Below the pieces are notes generated by a model. The model saw only the letters and a list, made by a program, of their open reading frames with translations. It searched no databases and was not told where the DNA came from. The translations under genes were made by a program, and so were the position numbers. Shown here one piece after another: positions 11,650-24,641 of a stretch of 48,196 nucleotides of DNA. Source of the DNA: Seison nebaliae (lineage: Eukaryota); assembly GCA_023231475.1 (NCBI GenBank), contig JALJEE010001140.1, positions 1 through 48,196 of the forward strand. The letters are read 5' to 3'. Position 1 is the first letter of the stretch. Each line of letters starts with the position of its first letter.

Positions 11650-14472
11650 ATGATGACGGAGAGTGATGAATTATTGAAGAAAGAATTAATTGTTGATGAT
11701 CATCATCTCCAATTGCCGGAGGAAGTAGCTTCTACAATTAATGAAATTCTTCAGTCAGATGATGAATTTGATTCGGATACTTTCGATTTGATCTCTCATG
11801 TCAATCGTCTCTTTCCCACTCAACAATCACTCTCTAATATTGACGAGAGGATCGAACAGATTGAGAATAACATCGAACATTTAAACGATGAGATTCGCGA
11901 ATCGATTCGAGTGCAAAACGACATCAGTCAACAAGGAGAGAAATCATTAGAATTAGCGCGACGTTCTGTCGATACGTTGGCAGATCATGTGGAAGAGATA
12001 TCGAAGAAAGCGAAAACATCTGGCGATGTTGTTCGTGATTTGACGAAAGGAATTAAACAACTCGATTTAGCCAAACAGAATATCACTCAATCGATAACGA
12101 TTCTTAATCAACTTCATATTCTCGTTGATGGAGCGGAGAATTTGAGAGTTTTATGTCGCGAGAAAAAATATGATGAAGCAGCTCCATTAATTCAAGGTGT
12201 CGTTCAAGTGATGAAAGAATTCCAAACATTCCGTCAAACCATCTCTTCCATCGACGAATTATGTTTGACGGTGGAGAATATTCGAACGGATTTAAGTGAA
12301 CAAATTATTGAGGAATTCGAACGATTGACATTAATGCATATGTCGAAGAATAATATTTCGAACACACAAGGAAGTGAAAGATTTCAGTTGTTGAAGAATG
12401 CGGCTAGAATTGCTGATTGTCTTGATGATAATGTTAAATTGAGAATTATCACCACATTCATTAAACATCGATTGGAAGAATATTCGATATTATTCGCTGA
12501 TAATCAAGAATGTGCATGGCTTGATTCGATGGAAAAGAGATATAGTTGGATGAAAAAAAATTTGAATGATTTCGATGAGAGTTGTATCTCACAAATCTTC
12601 CCACCTCATTGGGATATGAGTGAGTGTGTGGCCGTACAATTTTGTAATGAGACTCGTGAACAATTCGAAAGATTATTGAAAGAAAGAGCAACAGAAATCT
12701 CCATCGATTCATTAGTGAGTTGTGTAAAAAAGACGAATCATTTCGAACAATTACTCAATAGTCGATTTAATGGAACATCAATTCTCTTTCAAAATTATTG
12801 TACCACTGTTAATCGATCAATTGACGATATTGGTGAAAATAGTTTCAATCAAATCATCTCATCTGTCTTTCATTCATTCTCTTATATCTTCATCGAATTC
12901 CAACAAAATAAATTGAAAATTCTTCTCGACAAACAATTAAAAGAATTGAATGAATTAGAACTAATCAAAAAAGATGAACAACAACAACAACAACAACAAC
13001 AACAGACACAGCAGATGCAACAAAATGTTGAGGATGAATCAAATTATGGATTTAATATCGGTTCATCGTCATCATCATCGACGGATTTGAAAGATCATAA
13101 ATTGAATGGCACAATTATCACCGATCAAGAGGATAAGAGAAAAAAGAAGAAAGCGGATGATAATATTGACATCATTATGGATTATAGTGTGGAATTATTT
13201 CTTCAATTTAAAGATTGTATTTTAGAAGCGATGGTATTCGATAGTGAGAAATTACTTATCGATCTTTCATCCATTTTCCGATTCTTTTTAGAAGATTTCT
13301 CTTGTCGCATTCTATTGGCATCATTACCAGGATGTAAATCAAATTGGAATGAAGCGATGTCATCCACCGATTTAACTCGAATAAACAATTCTTTCCGAAT
13401 GGACATGACAACATTGAAACCGGAGAAGATGAAAGAATCAGCTTATCAGGCAATGGATTTCGCCTCTACTTTCTTCCAGAACATCATCTCCAATACTGCA
13501 GCTGCTACTGAATCGTTATTTGTGTCAGCGAAAGAAAGACAGAAATTATTGAAAGATGATATTCAACAAATCTGTCGAGTTATTTGTACAGCTGATTATT
13601 GTATTGAAACGACACAACAATTAGAATTGAAAATGAAGAGTAAAATCAATGAACGTTTACATTCCGAGATTTCCTTCGCCAAAGAAGATGATGCTTTCAT
13701 TTTTGTTATACAACAAGCTCATCTAATTCTCGTTGATGAACTAATCACAATGTGTGAGATGAATCTATTGAAAATGAGTCAAATGTTATGGAGTGGAAGG
13801 AGTGGTAATGGGAATAATCAGATGAAAATGCCAAATCAAACGAACAATAACGAAATGGTTTTAGATCAAAGTGCTTATGTCATTTCTATTGAAAAATGTG
13901 TGAGTGAATTCATTCCGTTAGTTCGAGAATCATTATCTGCCTCACGCAAATTCTTCACACAATTTTGTATTCGATTCATCGATTCCTTCCTCTCCAAATA
14001 CTTATTCCATTTATATAATTGTCGTCAAGTATCGACGGAAGGCGCTGAACAATTATTATTAGACTCTCAATCAATTCGTAGTCTTCTCGTATCGTTACCA
14101 ACAATCAAGTCACCATGGCAACGGAAACCACCCATCAGCTATTTGAACGTTCTAAATAAGAAGATGTCGAAAGTGGAGATCATCATCAAATGTGTCATGT
14201 GGCCGACGGATAATGTCACCGTATTCATCGATAATTATATTCGTCTCGTTCAATTGGGAACGACATCGATCGCTGCCAATTTAAATAAGACTTCCAAACA
14301 TAAACAAATGACAACCTTCGCCGACGAAGATACTTTCAATGTGACTAATTTCCAGAAAGTCATCGATATGAAAAGCGTCAAGAAGAATCAAGCATCTCAA
14401 ATGATGGACGAATTTTGCAAGAAAGCCAAACAACATCTTAAAGCAACTATTCCAAATATTCAAAATTTATGA
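11650..14472 (+). CDS. VPS53: Vacuolar protein sorting 53 (GARP/EARP subunit), single exon, 940 aa
   Basis: FDLISHVNRLFPTQQSLSNID, IKQLDLAKQNITQSITILNQLHILV, AWLDSMEKRYSWMKK, FPPHWDMSE, TADYCIETTQQLE and GAEQLLLD match VPS53; internal poly-Q insertion. Confidence 0.95.
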   Translation: MMTESDELLKKELIVDDHHLQLPEEVASTINEILQSDDEFDSDTFDLISHVNRLFPTQQSLSNIDERIEQIENNIEHLNDEIRESIRVQNDISQQGEKSLELARRSVDTLADHVEEISKKAKTSGDVVRDLTKGIKQLDLAKQNITQSITILNQLHILVDGAENLRVLCREKKYDEAAPLIQGVVQVMKEFQTFRQTISSIDELCLTVENIRTDLSEQIIEEFERLTLMHMSKNNISNTQGSERFQLLKNAARIADCLDDNVKLRIITTFIKHRLEEYSILFADNQECAWLDSMEKRYSWMKKNLNDFDESCISQIFPPHWDMSECVAVQFCNETREQFERLLKERATEISIDSLVSCVKKTNHFEQLLNSRFNGTSILFQNYCTTVNRSIDDIGENSFNQIISSVFHSFSYIFIEFQQNKLKILLDKQLKELNELELIKKDEQQQQQQQQQTQQMQQNVEDESNYGFNIGSSSSSSTDLKDHKLNGTIITDQEDKRKKKKADDNIDIIMDYSVELFLQFKDCILEAMVFDSEKLLIDLSSIFRFFLEDFSCRILLASLPGCKSNWNEAMSSTDLTRINNSFRMDMTTLKPEKMKESAYQAMDFASTFFQNIISNTAAATESLFVSAKERQKLLKDDIQQICRVICTADYCIETTQQLELKMKSKINERLHSEISFAKEDDAFIFVIQQAHLILVDELITMCEMNLLKMSQMLWSGRSGNGNNQMKMPNQTNNNEMVLDQSAYVISIEKCVSEFIPLVRESLSASRKFFTQFCIRFIDSFLSKYLFHLYNCRQVSTEGAEQLLLDSQSIRSLLVSLPTIKSPWQRKPPISYLNVLNKKMSKVEIIIKCVMWPTDNVTVFIDNYIRLVQLGTTSIAANLNKTSKHKQMTTFADEDTFNVTNFQKVIDMKSVKKNQASQMMDEFCKKAKQHLKATIPNIQNL

Positions 14473-15084
14473 TAAACCCTTTTTTTTCTATTATATTCTA
14501 TTATTATCATCATTATTATTCCATTATTATTTATTTGTTTATTTGACATTTCTGTCAACGTTGTAGTCTGAATAGAACTATTTTAATGTTTATTATTTCT
14601 CATCATTTTTCCTCAATAAAACATTTTATTTATTGTCTCCAAAAAAACATTTGAAAATTTGTTAAAAATTTTCTTAAAATTCAAAACGTTCACGATAATA
14701 ATTCCGTTTAAAATTGTTCTACTTAAAAAGTCATTTCTCGCATCAACTCATCAATTACTTTTAAGTTCAATTTCAATTGTTCCTAAAAATTGCCATCAGT
14801 ATTTTTAATTCAATTGAACCTTACCAATGTATTTGAATAATTAACGATTGTGAGACACTCAAAGACAATTAATTCAATTCACTTCTCACCAAACCGATTT
14901 ATTTTCATTACAGGACAATGAGAAAAGTTGATTGAATGAAATAGTTAGTACCTAATGAAATTTTTCACAAGCAACCATAAAGTTCTTCTAAAAATCGTTT
15001 AATTTTCATAGAGGTAAAGAGCAACTATGAGAAATAGTCGAACTTTCTCATAATATTAAAACTGCTACTACATATATTCAAATT

Positions 15085-15099
15085 GTTGCCATGAGTAAC
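15085..15099. promoter_or_regulatory. Candidate RFX X-box
   Basis: GTTGCC-ATG-AGTAAC, about 150 nt upstream of the DUF229 ATG; perfect GTTGCC half-site. Confidence 0.45.
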
Positions 15100-15252
15100 A
15101 GGAATAATTACGCATGAATCGAAATACTTCATCGAATAAATTGACGAATAAAGAAAGAGAAATTTCCGTTTTTACCTTTAATATCTTCTTTCTCACTTCC
15201 TAGAACATTGTCGAAATAGAATAATTGGGTAATAAACATTAATAACATCGTT

Positions 15253-17418
15253 ATGAGACAACCCAGGAAAGTGAAATATATCATCATTCTCTTCTCAACA
15301 ATTATACTCTACCTAATTTACTCATTATCTAGGCGCGTTTATCTATCTGACAAATATCATCATAATTTCGATGACGACGATAAATGTATTATTAATGATG
15401 ATATTCATGAGTTGTGGTCGACTGAAGCGAAGAAACATTTGAATTTAAGTGGGAAACAATTTGTTGATGAGAAAGATCGTTGTGAGCGATTAGATATTAT
15501 CGGACATCCAGGTCGTTTACTTATTCCACAAGATGGAAAAGATATTCTCAATCCAATTTTCTATTTCAATGAAACTCGATTAATGATTTTACATCATGTC
15601 GCTTTCCTCAAAATGCCGAGAAGCACAAATTTTAGTAAACCTTTTAAATGTCGAATTATTTCGTTCGAACGAGTCACCGACTTCAAAATAAAACGAGGCG
15701 AACATCTTTATTCATTTCCTTTATCTGATGATTTATCTCCAATATCCAACATGAAACGAATCGTTGATCGATATCCATTTCTTCTCATTCCACATGAATA
15801 TTTCATAATAGAATGTGTAAATTTCGCTAGACGAAATCCGATTTTCTACCAAGAAGTTTATTATAATTTTAATTCCGAAACAATTTTCCGAATGTACAAA
15901 GAGAAAGAGAAGAGAAATAAAGACGATTTGAACTTCTTAATCATCGGCATCGATTCCGTCTCATCAACACAATTTCGAAGAATGTTACCGAAAACGTTCG
16001 ATCGTCTCACGAAGAAAATGGGAGCGATTTGGATGAAGAATTCTTTCGTTGTTGGTGAGAATACTCGACCGAATCTTTATGCGCTACTTGCTGGATTGAT
16101 GTCGAATGAAATGCTCTATTATGATGACAATAATCATCGTGTGGTGAATGAGATGGCAGATGCTCATTTATTTGAGAAAGAAGAATATACTGATCCCTTA
16201 CCAACGTTATGGCGATTATTACCCAAACGTTTTGTGACTTATTTTCAAGAAGATTACACGAGAATTGGAATGTTTAAATTTGCGAAAAAAGGTTTCCACT
16301 CTCCTCCCGTCGACATATTCCTCACTCCATATTATGTGATGATTGAAAACGACAGAACACCAGTTAACATATGTAATCAATCGAAAGAATTCTATTGGAC
16401 ATTATTGAGTTTCTTAAAGAAAATGATATTGATGGAGAAATCATTTTTCGCTCTCAATTATTTCGATATGGTCACACACGATTGTATCGATGACGTGGTG
16501 TTGTTGGAGGAATCGTTAAGTTTTATTTTCGATTATTACGAAGAAAATTTAAAGAATAATACCGTTCTTATATTCTTCGGTGATCATGGCTCAAGGTTCT
16601 TTTAACAATCTTTTTATATTCTCATTTTATCTCACATTTCCAGAATTGGAAGTTATTACGATACTGAACGAGGATTGAAGGAATCGAGAAAATCAATGAT
16701 GTTCCTCAAATTGCCACAATCATATATGAAAGATCGAAAGAATGAAATGGAAAATTTGAAATTTAATTCAAATCAATTAATCACAATGTTCGATGTACAT
16801 CATACTCTTGTCTATCTCATCCATCAGTTATGGGAGAAAGGCAGTGTGAATAATTTCTATATGGAAATGATGTATCAATTCTATTTCATGAACATACAAA
16901 AAGATCTTAAGAAGATTTTAGCGGAAAGCAAATTAAGTTGGAGATCGTTAAACAAACGAGGAAGGAATTTGTTGAGTGAGAAGATTCCACAACGATCCTG
17001 TATTGCCGCCACTATTTCCATTATGTTCTGTCCATGTGAACGAGAAATGAACGTTTTTGAATTGAATGGAAAACAATTAAATAAATTATATGAGACGATT
17101 GTTGGACAATTAGATCATATATTGTCAAATCTGAAAAATTCGAGTGTTCGATGTTTATCGACAGGAAAAGTGAAAATGAACGAAACTTGGTTAGGCGATC
17201 GAGTAAAATTTGATGGGAATACACAATATTTAATAATAGGAATCAAATTCCGTTTTGGTGAGATAGGCAAATTCCTCACATTCATTTTCATGAAATATTC
17301 ACCAACTGAAATATCAACTAAAATCATGACAATGACTCGTCTCGATCGATATTCGAAGACGAGTTCATGTCTATCATCTTTCGAGGAACGATGGGAAGCA
17401 TATTGCATTTGTCGCTAA
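15253..17418 (+). CDS. DUF229 family protein (alkaline phosphatase/sulfatase-like fold), type II membrane, 2 exons, about 705 aa
   Basis: Exons 15253-16595 and 16644-17418 (48-nt intron GTTCTT..CAG). N-terminal TM, IIGIDSVSSTQFRRMLPKT, VGENTRPNL, GF..PPVD, FFGDHGSR|IG, N.NQLITMFDVHHTL, R.C..A.I...FCPC, terminal YCICR. Confidence 0.88.
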
Positions 17419-18522
17419 TTATTCATCATCACAACACTGATACGATGGTGATTGTGATGAATATAAATTTGATTTGAATTCTCTCGACCCAAATACCGTC
17501 GAATTTCTTATAAATTTCGGACAACAGAATCCTCTCAAAAAACTGATGATGAACAAGTTGATTCTCGACCGGTACATGGTAATTCCAAGTAAGAAACTTT
17601 CTCGAGACAATGTGAAAATGACTGTAGATTTAATATGAAAATTTGTTTTTGAATAAAACCTGATAATTCGAGGACAACATATCGATCGGGTATGATGTTC
17701 AATTTTTATGAAATTAATTTCTTATTTAATTTACATAAAAATATCATTACCATAAAGAAGAATTAAGAATATGTGATGGAGTTCTTCTAAAGAATATTCA
17801 ACAGAGAGCGAACGTGATGGAATATTAAAAAAATAGGTCACATTATATTATAATTCTTCATTCGAACTCACTCGAATAAGAAGTGATATATTGATCATTC
17901 CGATGTCTTCCCATCTGTTGCATCCACTGACCCTCATAAAACAACTATAAGGAATTGGAGTTTCATTTCAATAGAAAATGAGAGCTATAAATTTTCGAGA
18001 TGATTTTATTGTCAACAACCAAGATGTAAAACGTTCTAACTATTTCTCTCAATATTAAGGGACAAATTCCATCTATTGACAATTCATTCCCAACAGTTTT
18101 TTTCTATAATAAATTTGAATTGGGGAAAACGTATAAGAGATAAAATGGAATGGAAAAAGTGTAGATGACGGAATGGAATGAGTAGAATAGTGGAAGAATT
18201 GTCATTCTGAATAAATATCCACATTATCCATCTGATTTCCTTTTTTAGCGATTCTCTTTTTTTTTTGAGTAAGAAATTCTATAGTAAAAAATGATAATGA
18301 AACTTTATAAGAATTATTGGGAAGAAAAGTAGAAAAAAATGAAATTCATTTCTCTTCTTCTGATAATGAAATGGAAATAAATAAATTGATTGAAGAGATT
18401 GCGCAAATATCACAATGAAATAACAGAAGATCGATTCCATTGTTAGATTGATGAAACAGTATTGTTATTTTTTTGAAGTAAATTAAATTGATATGATTCC
18501 ATCATCTCCAACTAGAAAACTA

Positions 18523-18554
18523 ACTGACTGACTGACTGACTGATTGATTGACTG
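18523..18554. repeat. (ACTG)n microsatellite
   Basis: ACTG x5 followed by ATTG ATTG ACTG. Confidence 0.85.
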
Positions 18555-21475
18555 TGAAATAACTTATAATGTACGTATTATGATGCAATTCCTATTAATC
18601 TATTTAATTTAAATCGATCGTACAAATGTCATATGTTTATCATGGTTGTTATTGATGGAGTGAATTTGTCTGTAGAGTGGTTGGTAGTGATGATGTTGAA
18701 GAATGATGATGATGTACGTATCAAAAAGGAAAGATGAATTGAAATTATTTTCCACATATTTCCACCGTTTCCAATTGGCATATTAATATTGAAATAAATT
18801 TTTCAAATGTTTCGTAAACTCTTTCTTTTTTTATTTATATCATCCATTCACTGATTTCCGTCTATACATCCACTTCTCCATACTTTTTTCTTCCCAATTC
18901 TTCTGTTTGATTTTTATATTCTACTTCTCGTTACATGGGAGGCAGAAATGTGGAATGATATAAACTTCCTCCTTCGAATGTGTACGATATGGCTATAATT
19001 GTTCGCCATTTCACATGTGGGAATATAGTCGGAAATATTTTATTTTCTCAAAGTAAGTTCCCTTTCGATATGGGCGTTGAGATACGCAACTGTATGAAGT
19101 GTCTATAGTCGTTCTGTGAAACGATTAATAAGATATTAAAATTTTACGTTCTCCTCATACAGATCTCGTTTGGGTGAGCCTTGACTGTAGAAGATAAGTC
19201 GGTTGAGATGCAGTAGATATATATGATTGCATCCGTCCTTCCAGTTGGGAACTGGAACAGCCGCCAACAATAACCCAATCGGCATGTTTCCCCCGACCAC
19301 TTCACACTACTCGTAAAGAAACAATCCCAACAAATTATTAATTCACATTTGTTGACTGACAGTGAACATCAGAACAAAAATAATTCATTCTTCGACGTAC
19401 CTTCGATTATTCGAATATTCGACAGATATGTATCCGACGCAGATGGAATGAATGAAATGGAATTGAAGATATTAGGCTAATTCTCATCTACATGTTTCCA
19501 TACAATAATTCGTTTATTCGACTTCTATAAAGTAATCGTAGAGACTTTCGTATTTGGAAAGAAACGATGTCAAATCATTTTCATTTTAATCGATGACGTT
19601 CGGTTATGCCGATGGACATCATCTTCTATCACCTTCAACAAATTGACAATAAATCCTTCTACTACAATTCTTAAATAAACGGATGGAATTGATTCTATGA
19701 AATTTCATTATTCTTTTCAGATGAAATATCTCACTAATAAACAGACACACACCATCAAATGAACATCATTACGTGACGATATGCTGTTCTCTTATTGATA
19801 TGTATATATGAAAATATTGTTAGAAAAAATAATTTATTAAATGTAATTTTAAAAAAAAACTTAAATTACTTTCAAAATTTAGTTTCATTGAAAAGAAACC
19901 AATCGACTAAATACGTCAGTGGATAGATATTTAAAAATAACGGGAAAATCCATAAAAAATTTCACAAGTGTATTAATTGGTGAAAAGACGACGGATATGT
20001 ATATCATCGTGTTATTGTCTGCAAGTTTTCAGTTTTTGTTTTATGATATTATTCGATTCAGATATTATTCTAACAATGTAAGGAGATAATTCTACTAACT
20101 ATTTGATACTAACAATTTCAAATATTATTCTAAGGTGAGTGTTTTCGTGAAATGATTTCAATTTTATTAGAAAAGGAAATTTGTTAGAAATATGCAAAAT
20201 GAAGATTTTAAATTTAATGTTAATGTGACGAATGTGAATAGTTTGTGTATAATTCAGTAGATATTGAAGTCGTTTTATTGAAATTATATTTCTCATCAGT
20301 GAAATAATGGTATGTAATTACGTACGTAAACCTTTCCCATATATCTCAATACATTTTACGCAATATTTGTATGATGAAATGTCGAAATGGAAATTGATGT
20401 AGAAACAATTCACCAGAAGATCAACGTGTATATGCAGCAACTAATTAAGAAGAAATTTGACATGATCGTTTATAATAAAAAATATTAATTCTTTTTGATC
20501 TTATGTTGATTCTCTTATTTGTATTTACTATACTTACCATCGAGGTCATCCGAATTTGTCCTTAAATCGAACGAATGAGAACATTCGTCTCAATTATTAT
20601 TTTATACGGCATATACACTCTGGATGTTGATGAGCCGTCAAAATTATAACATGAATTCTCTTCTTCTCTCCTCAAATTATCTTTCTTTTCCCAATAAAAT
20701 AACAATAACATGAAGGAAAATCATCATAGCCACCATTAAACGTCAATCGAAAGTATTCTACTCGTTTAATGATGAAAGAATGCTTTGTTTCGGCTTTCTT
20801 CCAATCTTCTCACTAATTCATAAAACGATGAATCGTCATATCCTTCCTCTTCTCCAATCATAATTCTTATCCATATCCGTTTCTTAATTAATAATAATCG
20901 ATTAATGATTATCATATCTCACCAAATCATTTCAATTCAGCTATTTGTTGAGATTCTTGTTAACTTCACACGAGCTTTGGCAAGATTCACAATTATAATA
21001 TTTTAAGAATTACACCACCTATTCTAAATGAGATTAAGTTTCTGGTGAGAGATTAGATGAAAAAATGAAGCACATTTAATTTCACAACAGAAATTTAAAT
21101 GGAACTTGATTGTAATTTTGAAAGAATTTCTTTGGAAGATATTCGATCGCAAACGGTTTATCGTCGTTTGTTATTAATATTACTATAATTTATTGTCATC
21201 ATGTCATCATACTCACTTAAGCGTTGACATACTATCTCTGTCATTATCATTTCACATCATAATAACTCTCGTTTTATGTTAATTAACCTTTATGATACGT
21301 TTTTGTAACCCATTAAAGATCATTATCATTCTGGTACATTCCAATTAGTTCATTCTTCTTCCAATATTCCTTCACCATATCATTTCCAATTAGATCTCTA
21401 ACAATATTCTAATTTTTCATGAAAAGCGAAAACGAATCTTCCTCGAACAATTAATCGTAGTAGAGAGTAGTGAGG

Positions 21476-22375
21476 ATGGCGTTAAACTTATCAATTCTAA
21501 AAGAACCTCGATGTTTCATCAAATTAATTGAAATCGTTTAATTTTATTCTAAAATTTCTCATAATCAATTTATCCATTCAAAAAACCAACTCAAGTTATT
21601 AGCAATTATTGCATTTTCGACGATTAGTGACGGTGGATTTGCATTTATTTATTCGGGTGTTCCTAATGGTCAAATTGTTGAGGAGAGACGACAATACTCT
21701 CCCGAATTCTCTTATCCATTCGAGTTCATTTTCTTCACATTATCTCCGAAATAATTCTCTTCTAGTTTTATGAAAGCAAATGCATCACACTTCCTACACA
21801 AAGACAAGACATTCGCATGTACAGCCGAATTCTTCGTTTTAGTTGGCGTCATCGCTTTCCTGACAGCTATCGGAAATATGGTGGTTTATTTAGTCTTTGA
21901 GAAATGTTACCGAGAGAAACATATTTGGTCATTACTAGTTTGTAATTATTTATTCTTATATTTTAATCGTTTAATTTCTTCCACAAATATTCAGGATACA
22001 TTTTTCTCGTTTCTCATCGCCATTTTATGGTTAGCCGGTAGTTGTGCATGGGCTCGTGCCGTCGTTCTAATAAAATCTTATTTCAAACTCGAATCAGTGC
22101 AATTGGGCAATCCTCAGATCGTTCATTCACCAACATTCACAAATATAACGACATCGGTTGTTGTCGGATTTATCAATTTCGCCGTTTGGCTCGGAAATAT
22201 TTGGTTACTGTATAAACATAATCCAATAATTGCCGACTTATTGGGACGGAATAAAACCAATCAACAATCCTCATCTACCAACAACAATAACAACAACGAA
22301 AACAATGAACCGAACCAAAATGGAATAGTCAATTCACCGCCATACACAAATATTCCACCATCTGCCCTCTCGTGA
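21476..22375 (+). CDS. Synaptophysin/synaptoporin-like MARVEL protein, 4 exons, about 246 aa
   Basis: Exons 21476-21535, 21596-21723, 21766-21937, 21995-22375. Motifs LKEPRCFIKLIE, FSYPF, AEFFVLVGV, LDTFFSFLIAILWLAGSCAWARA and SVVVGFINFAVWLGNIWLLYK are typical of synaptophysins. Confidence 0.88.
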
Positions 22376-22758
22376 GAAGAGGTTTTGGTGAGAGGTCAAT
22401 AAGGAGAAATTTGTAAGATGTCTAACATTTTCCATCATAATAATCAAATTTCCCTTATTGCGTTCTTATCTTAAAAACGTTTATGTATGCTTGCCAATTG
22501 CTAATTGTCGCTTTGGAAACCAATCACTGATCACTTCGTTATTGAATAATAAAACAAGAATAATATTTCAAAATCATTTTTCTCAAACTTTTTAAATTTG
22601 GTATCACTCCATTTCCCATAAAAAAATTTTGAAAAGAATTATTTAATTTAATTTAATATGGAAGTGAGAAATTTGATGAGAAAAGATCAGAAACAGAAAT
22701 TCTTCACTTTCTTCATAGTATGATTAGTATTAAAACCGGTAAAAAGAGTGAAGGGGAC

Positions 22759-22780
22759 GAGAGAGAGAGAGAGAGAGAGA
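22759..22780. repeat. (GA)11 microsatellite
   Basis: Perfect GA run just beyond the K2P stop codon. Confidence 0.9.
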
Positions 22781-22800
22781 AAATGTCAAGAAATAAGATT

Positions 22801-24281
22801 TCAATTATATTCGCCCGAATCATAAAACAGACCGAGTCGATTACCATATTTCCGGAATTTTACACGAACATCTTCTTGCATTAAATTGAAGCACATGCAG
22901 ATCATGGCTAGACCAACCACCAAATAGAGAGTAACGAATACTATGACATGATATGATTTCTCGATTTGATCCTTCTTTTCGTTGTTCAAGTCGACGGAGT
23001 TCGTTTTATTTAGGGCTGATTCGATAATTCCGTTCGTTAATGAAATCGATTGTCCCGGTACCAGATCGCCCAGTCCAATCGTACTGAGAGTGATAAAGCA
23101 GAAATAAGCGCCATCAATTGGTTCCCATTTCTCGTATCTGGAAAAGAGTAGACCTCCACCAATAATATAGATTGTTAGGACGAATAATGTGACACTTATT
23201 GGGACGGTAATTGCTCGATAATCGACACGTAACATTCTATCCATTCGTTCTCTCGTAATCTTCTGTTTCTTTGATGTTGCCTCATCTAGGAATTCACCAC
23301 CTAGAGGCATTGTGATCACTTTTAATGGATCGTCAACAATATAAGCATTCAATAATTGATTCTTCCTAATCAGATTACAATAAGCACAACAAATTCTCGC
23401 GTATACAAATCGAAAGATATCGGCCATTGTCGAACCGAGATTAGCAAGACATAACAACATGATTGGGATTCCAAAAACTGCATATGCTATTGTCACTAAT
23501 TTCCCATTAATCGTACGACAAGTCAATTGTCCATAACCTGTTCAAACAAAAAAATTTCCATCAAAACGATTTTTTATAATTTTTTAAAAAAATTAAATTG
23601 AACAAATTGATATTTAGGAGAAATGATAAAGACGAATAACTAACCAATAGTAGTTATTACAGTGATGCTATAGAGAATTGAATTGGCGAAATTGAAATCA
23701 TTATTATCATACTTATTTTCATTGTAGTCGAAAAGATATTGAAATTGATAATCCGTCAACAAATCCGTTAAATTTCTGTTGGATTTCTGAGAGAAGACAT
23801 TGTGAAGTAGAAGTTGTTGAAGTTGGAGAATGAAGTGATTACGACGTTTATCTCTCTCTTCCGTTTGATTTGCGATGAGTCGTTCTTTACAGAAGTTGCT
23901 CGTTATTGTCATTTCTAATTCGGCCACTTCCACACTATCTTCATTCTTTTCATTAATCTCATATAATTTATGTAATTCATCGCAATCTGTTTGCTTTTCT
24001 AATTCACGGAAACAGAATCCACCAATAATCGAATAAGCGAAAATAACGAGACATAATCCGATGCGGGAAAAAAGGAACGATACGAAACTTCGACAACATC
24101 GACGAAATTGTCGTTTATGGGACACAGTCTTCGTTCTAGTTCGAACTTCATTAGTCGTCTGTTTGACATTCTTTTCAATTTTCTTCTTCTTCTTCGACTG
24201 AATTGGAGTAGATGATTTTTTAGGCTTTTTATTCTTCGACTCGTGATCAGAACCGCTAAGACGGAATGTAATATTTGGCAT
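22801..24281 (-). CDS. Two-pore-domain (K2P/TWiK family) potassium channel, 2 exons, about 457 aa
   Basis: Exons 24281-23645 and 23537-22801; splicing (GTTAGT..CAG, 107 nt) restores pore 1 TTIG|YG; pore 2 YFCFITLSTIGLGD; four TM segments. Confidence 0.93.
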
Positions 24282-24641
24282 GATGAAATTCTATTTGAAT
24301 TCTATCAAACAATCATATCTTCCACATGAGACGAACTTATTCCAATTAAGGTCTAATCACTCAAATTTCTCTATGTATGTTGAAGAGATTTCATGTAATG
24401 AGAAATAAAGGAAGAAGAGATAAGAGATTTTGAGAATAATATTAAATATTTATTCTCGATAATTTATTAAGCGTACAACAATCTACACGAAAATAGTGAA
24501 ACATGGAAATATTTCCGTTCGTTCTCTCCTCTCCCTCACACAACTACCACCATCACCACCATCAACATCTTCCCATCATCTGAATAGAGGCAAGAGAAAA
24601 GTTAAGATAAAACAAGGGAAAAAATTTGACTTTCTCTCCTT

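Noticed and set aside
17419..18105. Possible minus-strand exons (18103-18041, 17944 onward, 17621-17419) with GTT..AG gaps
   Set aside because: No start codon, frames ambiguous, no recognisable protein; could be chance matches.
19260..19290. AATAACCCAAT as a telomerase RNA template
   Set aside because: The telomere repeat of this organism is unknown and no pseudoknot or H/ACA support is visible.
20099..20296. Short ORFs in AT-rich intergenic DNA (also 27542, 28345, 42062, 45291)
   Set aside because: Low-complexity I/F/L/N composition, mostly non-ATG starts, no motifs.
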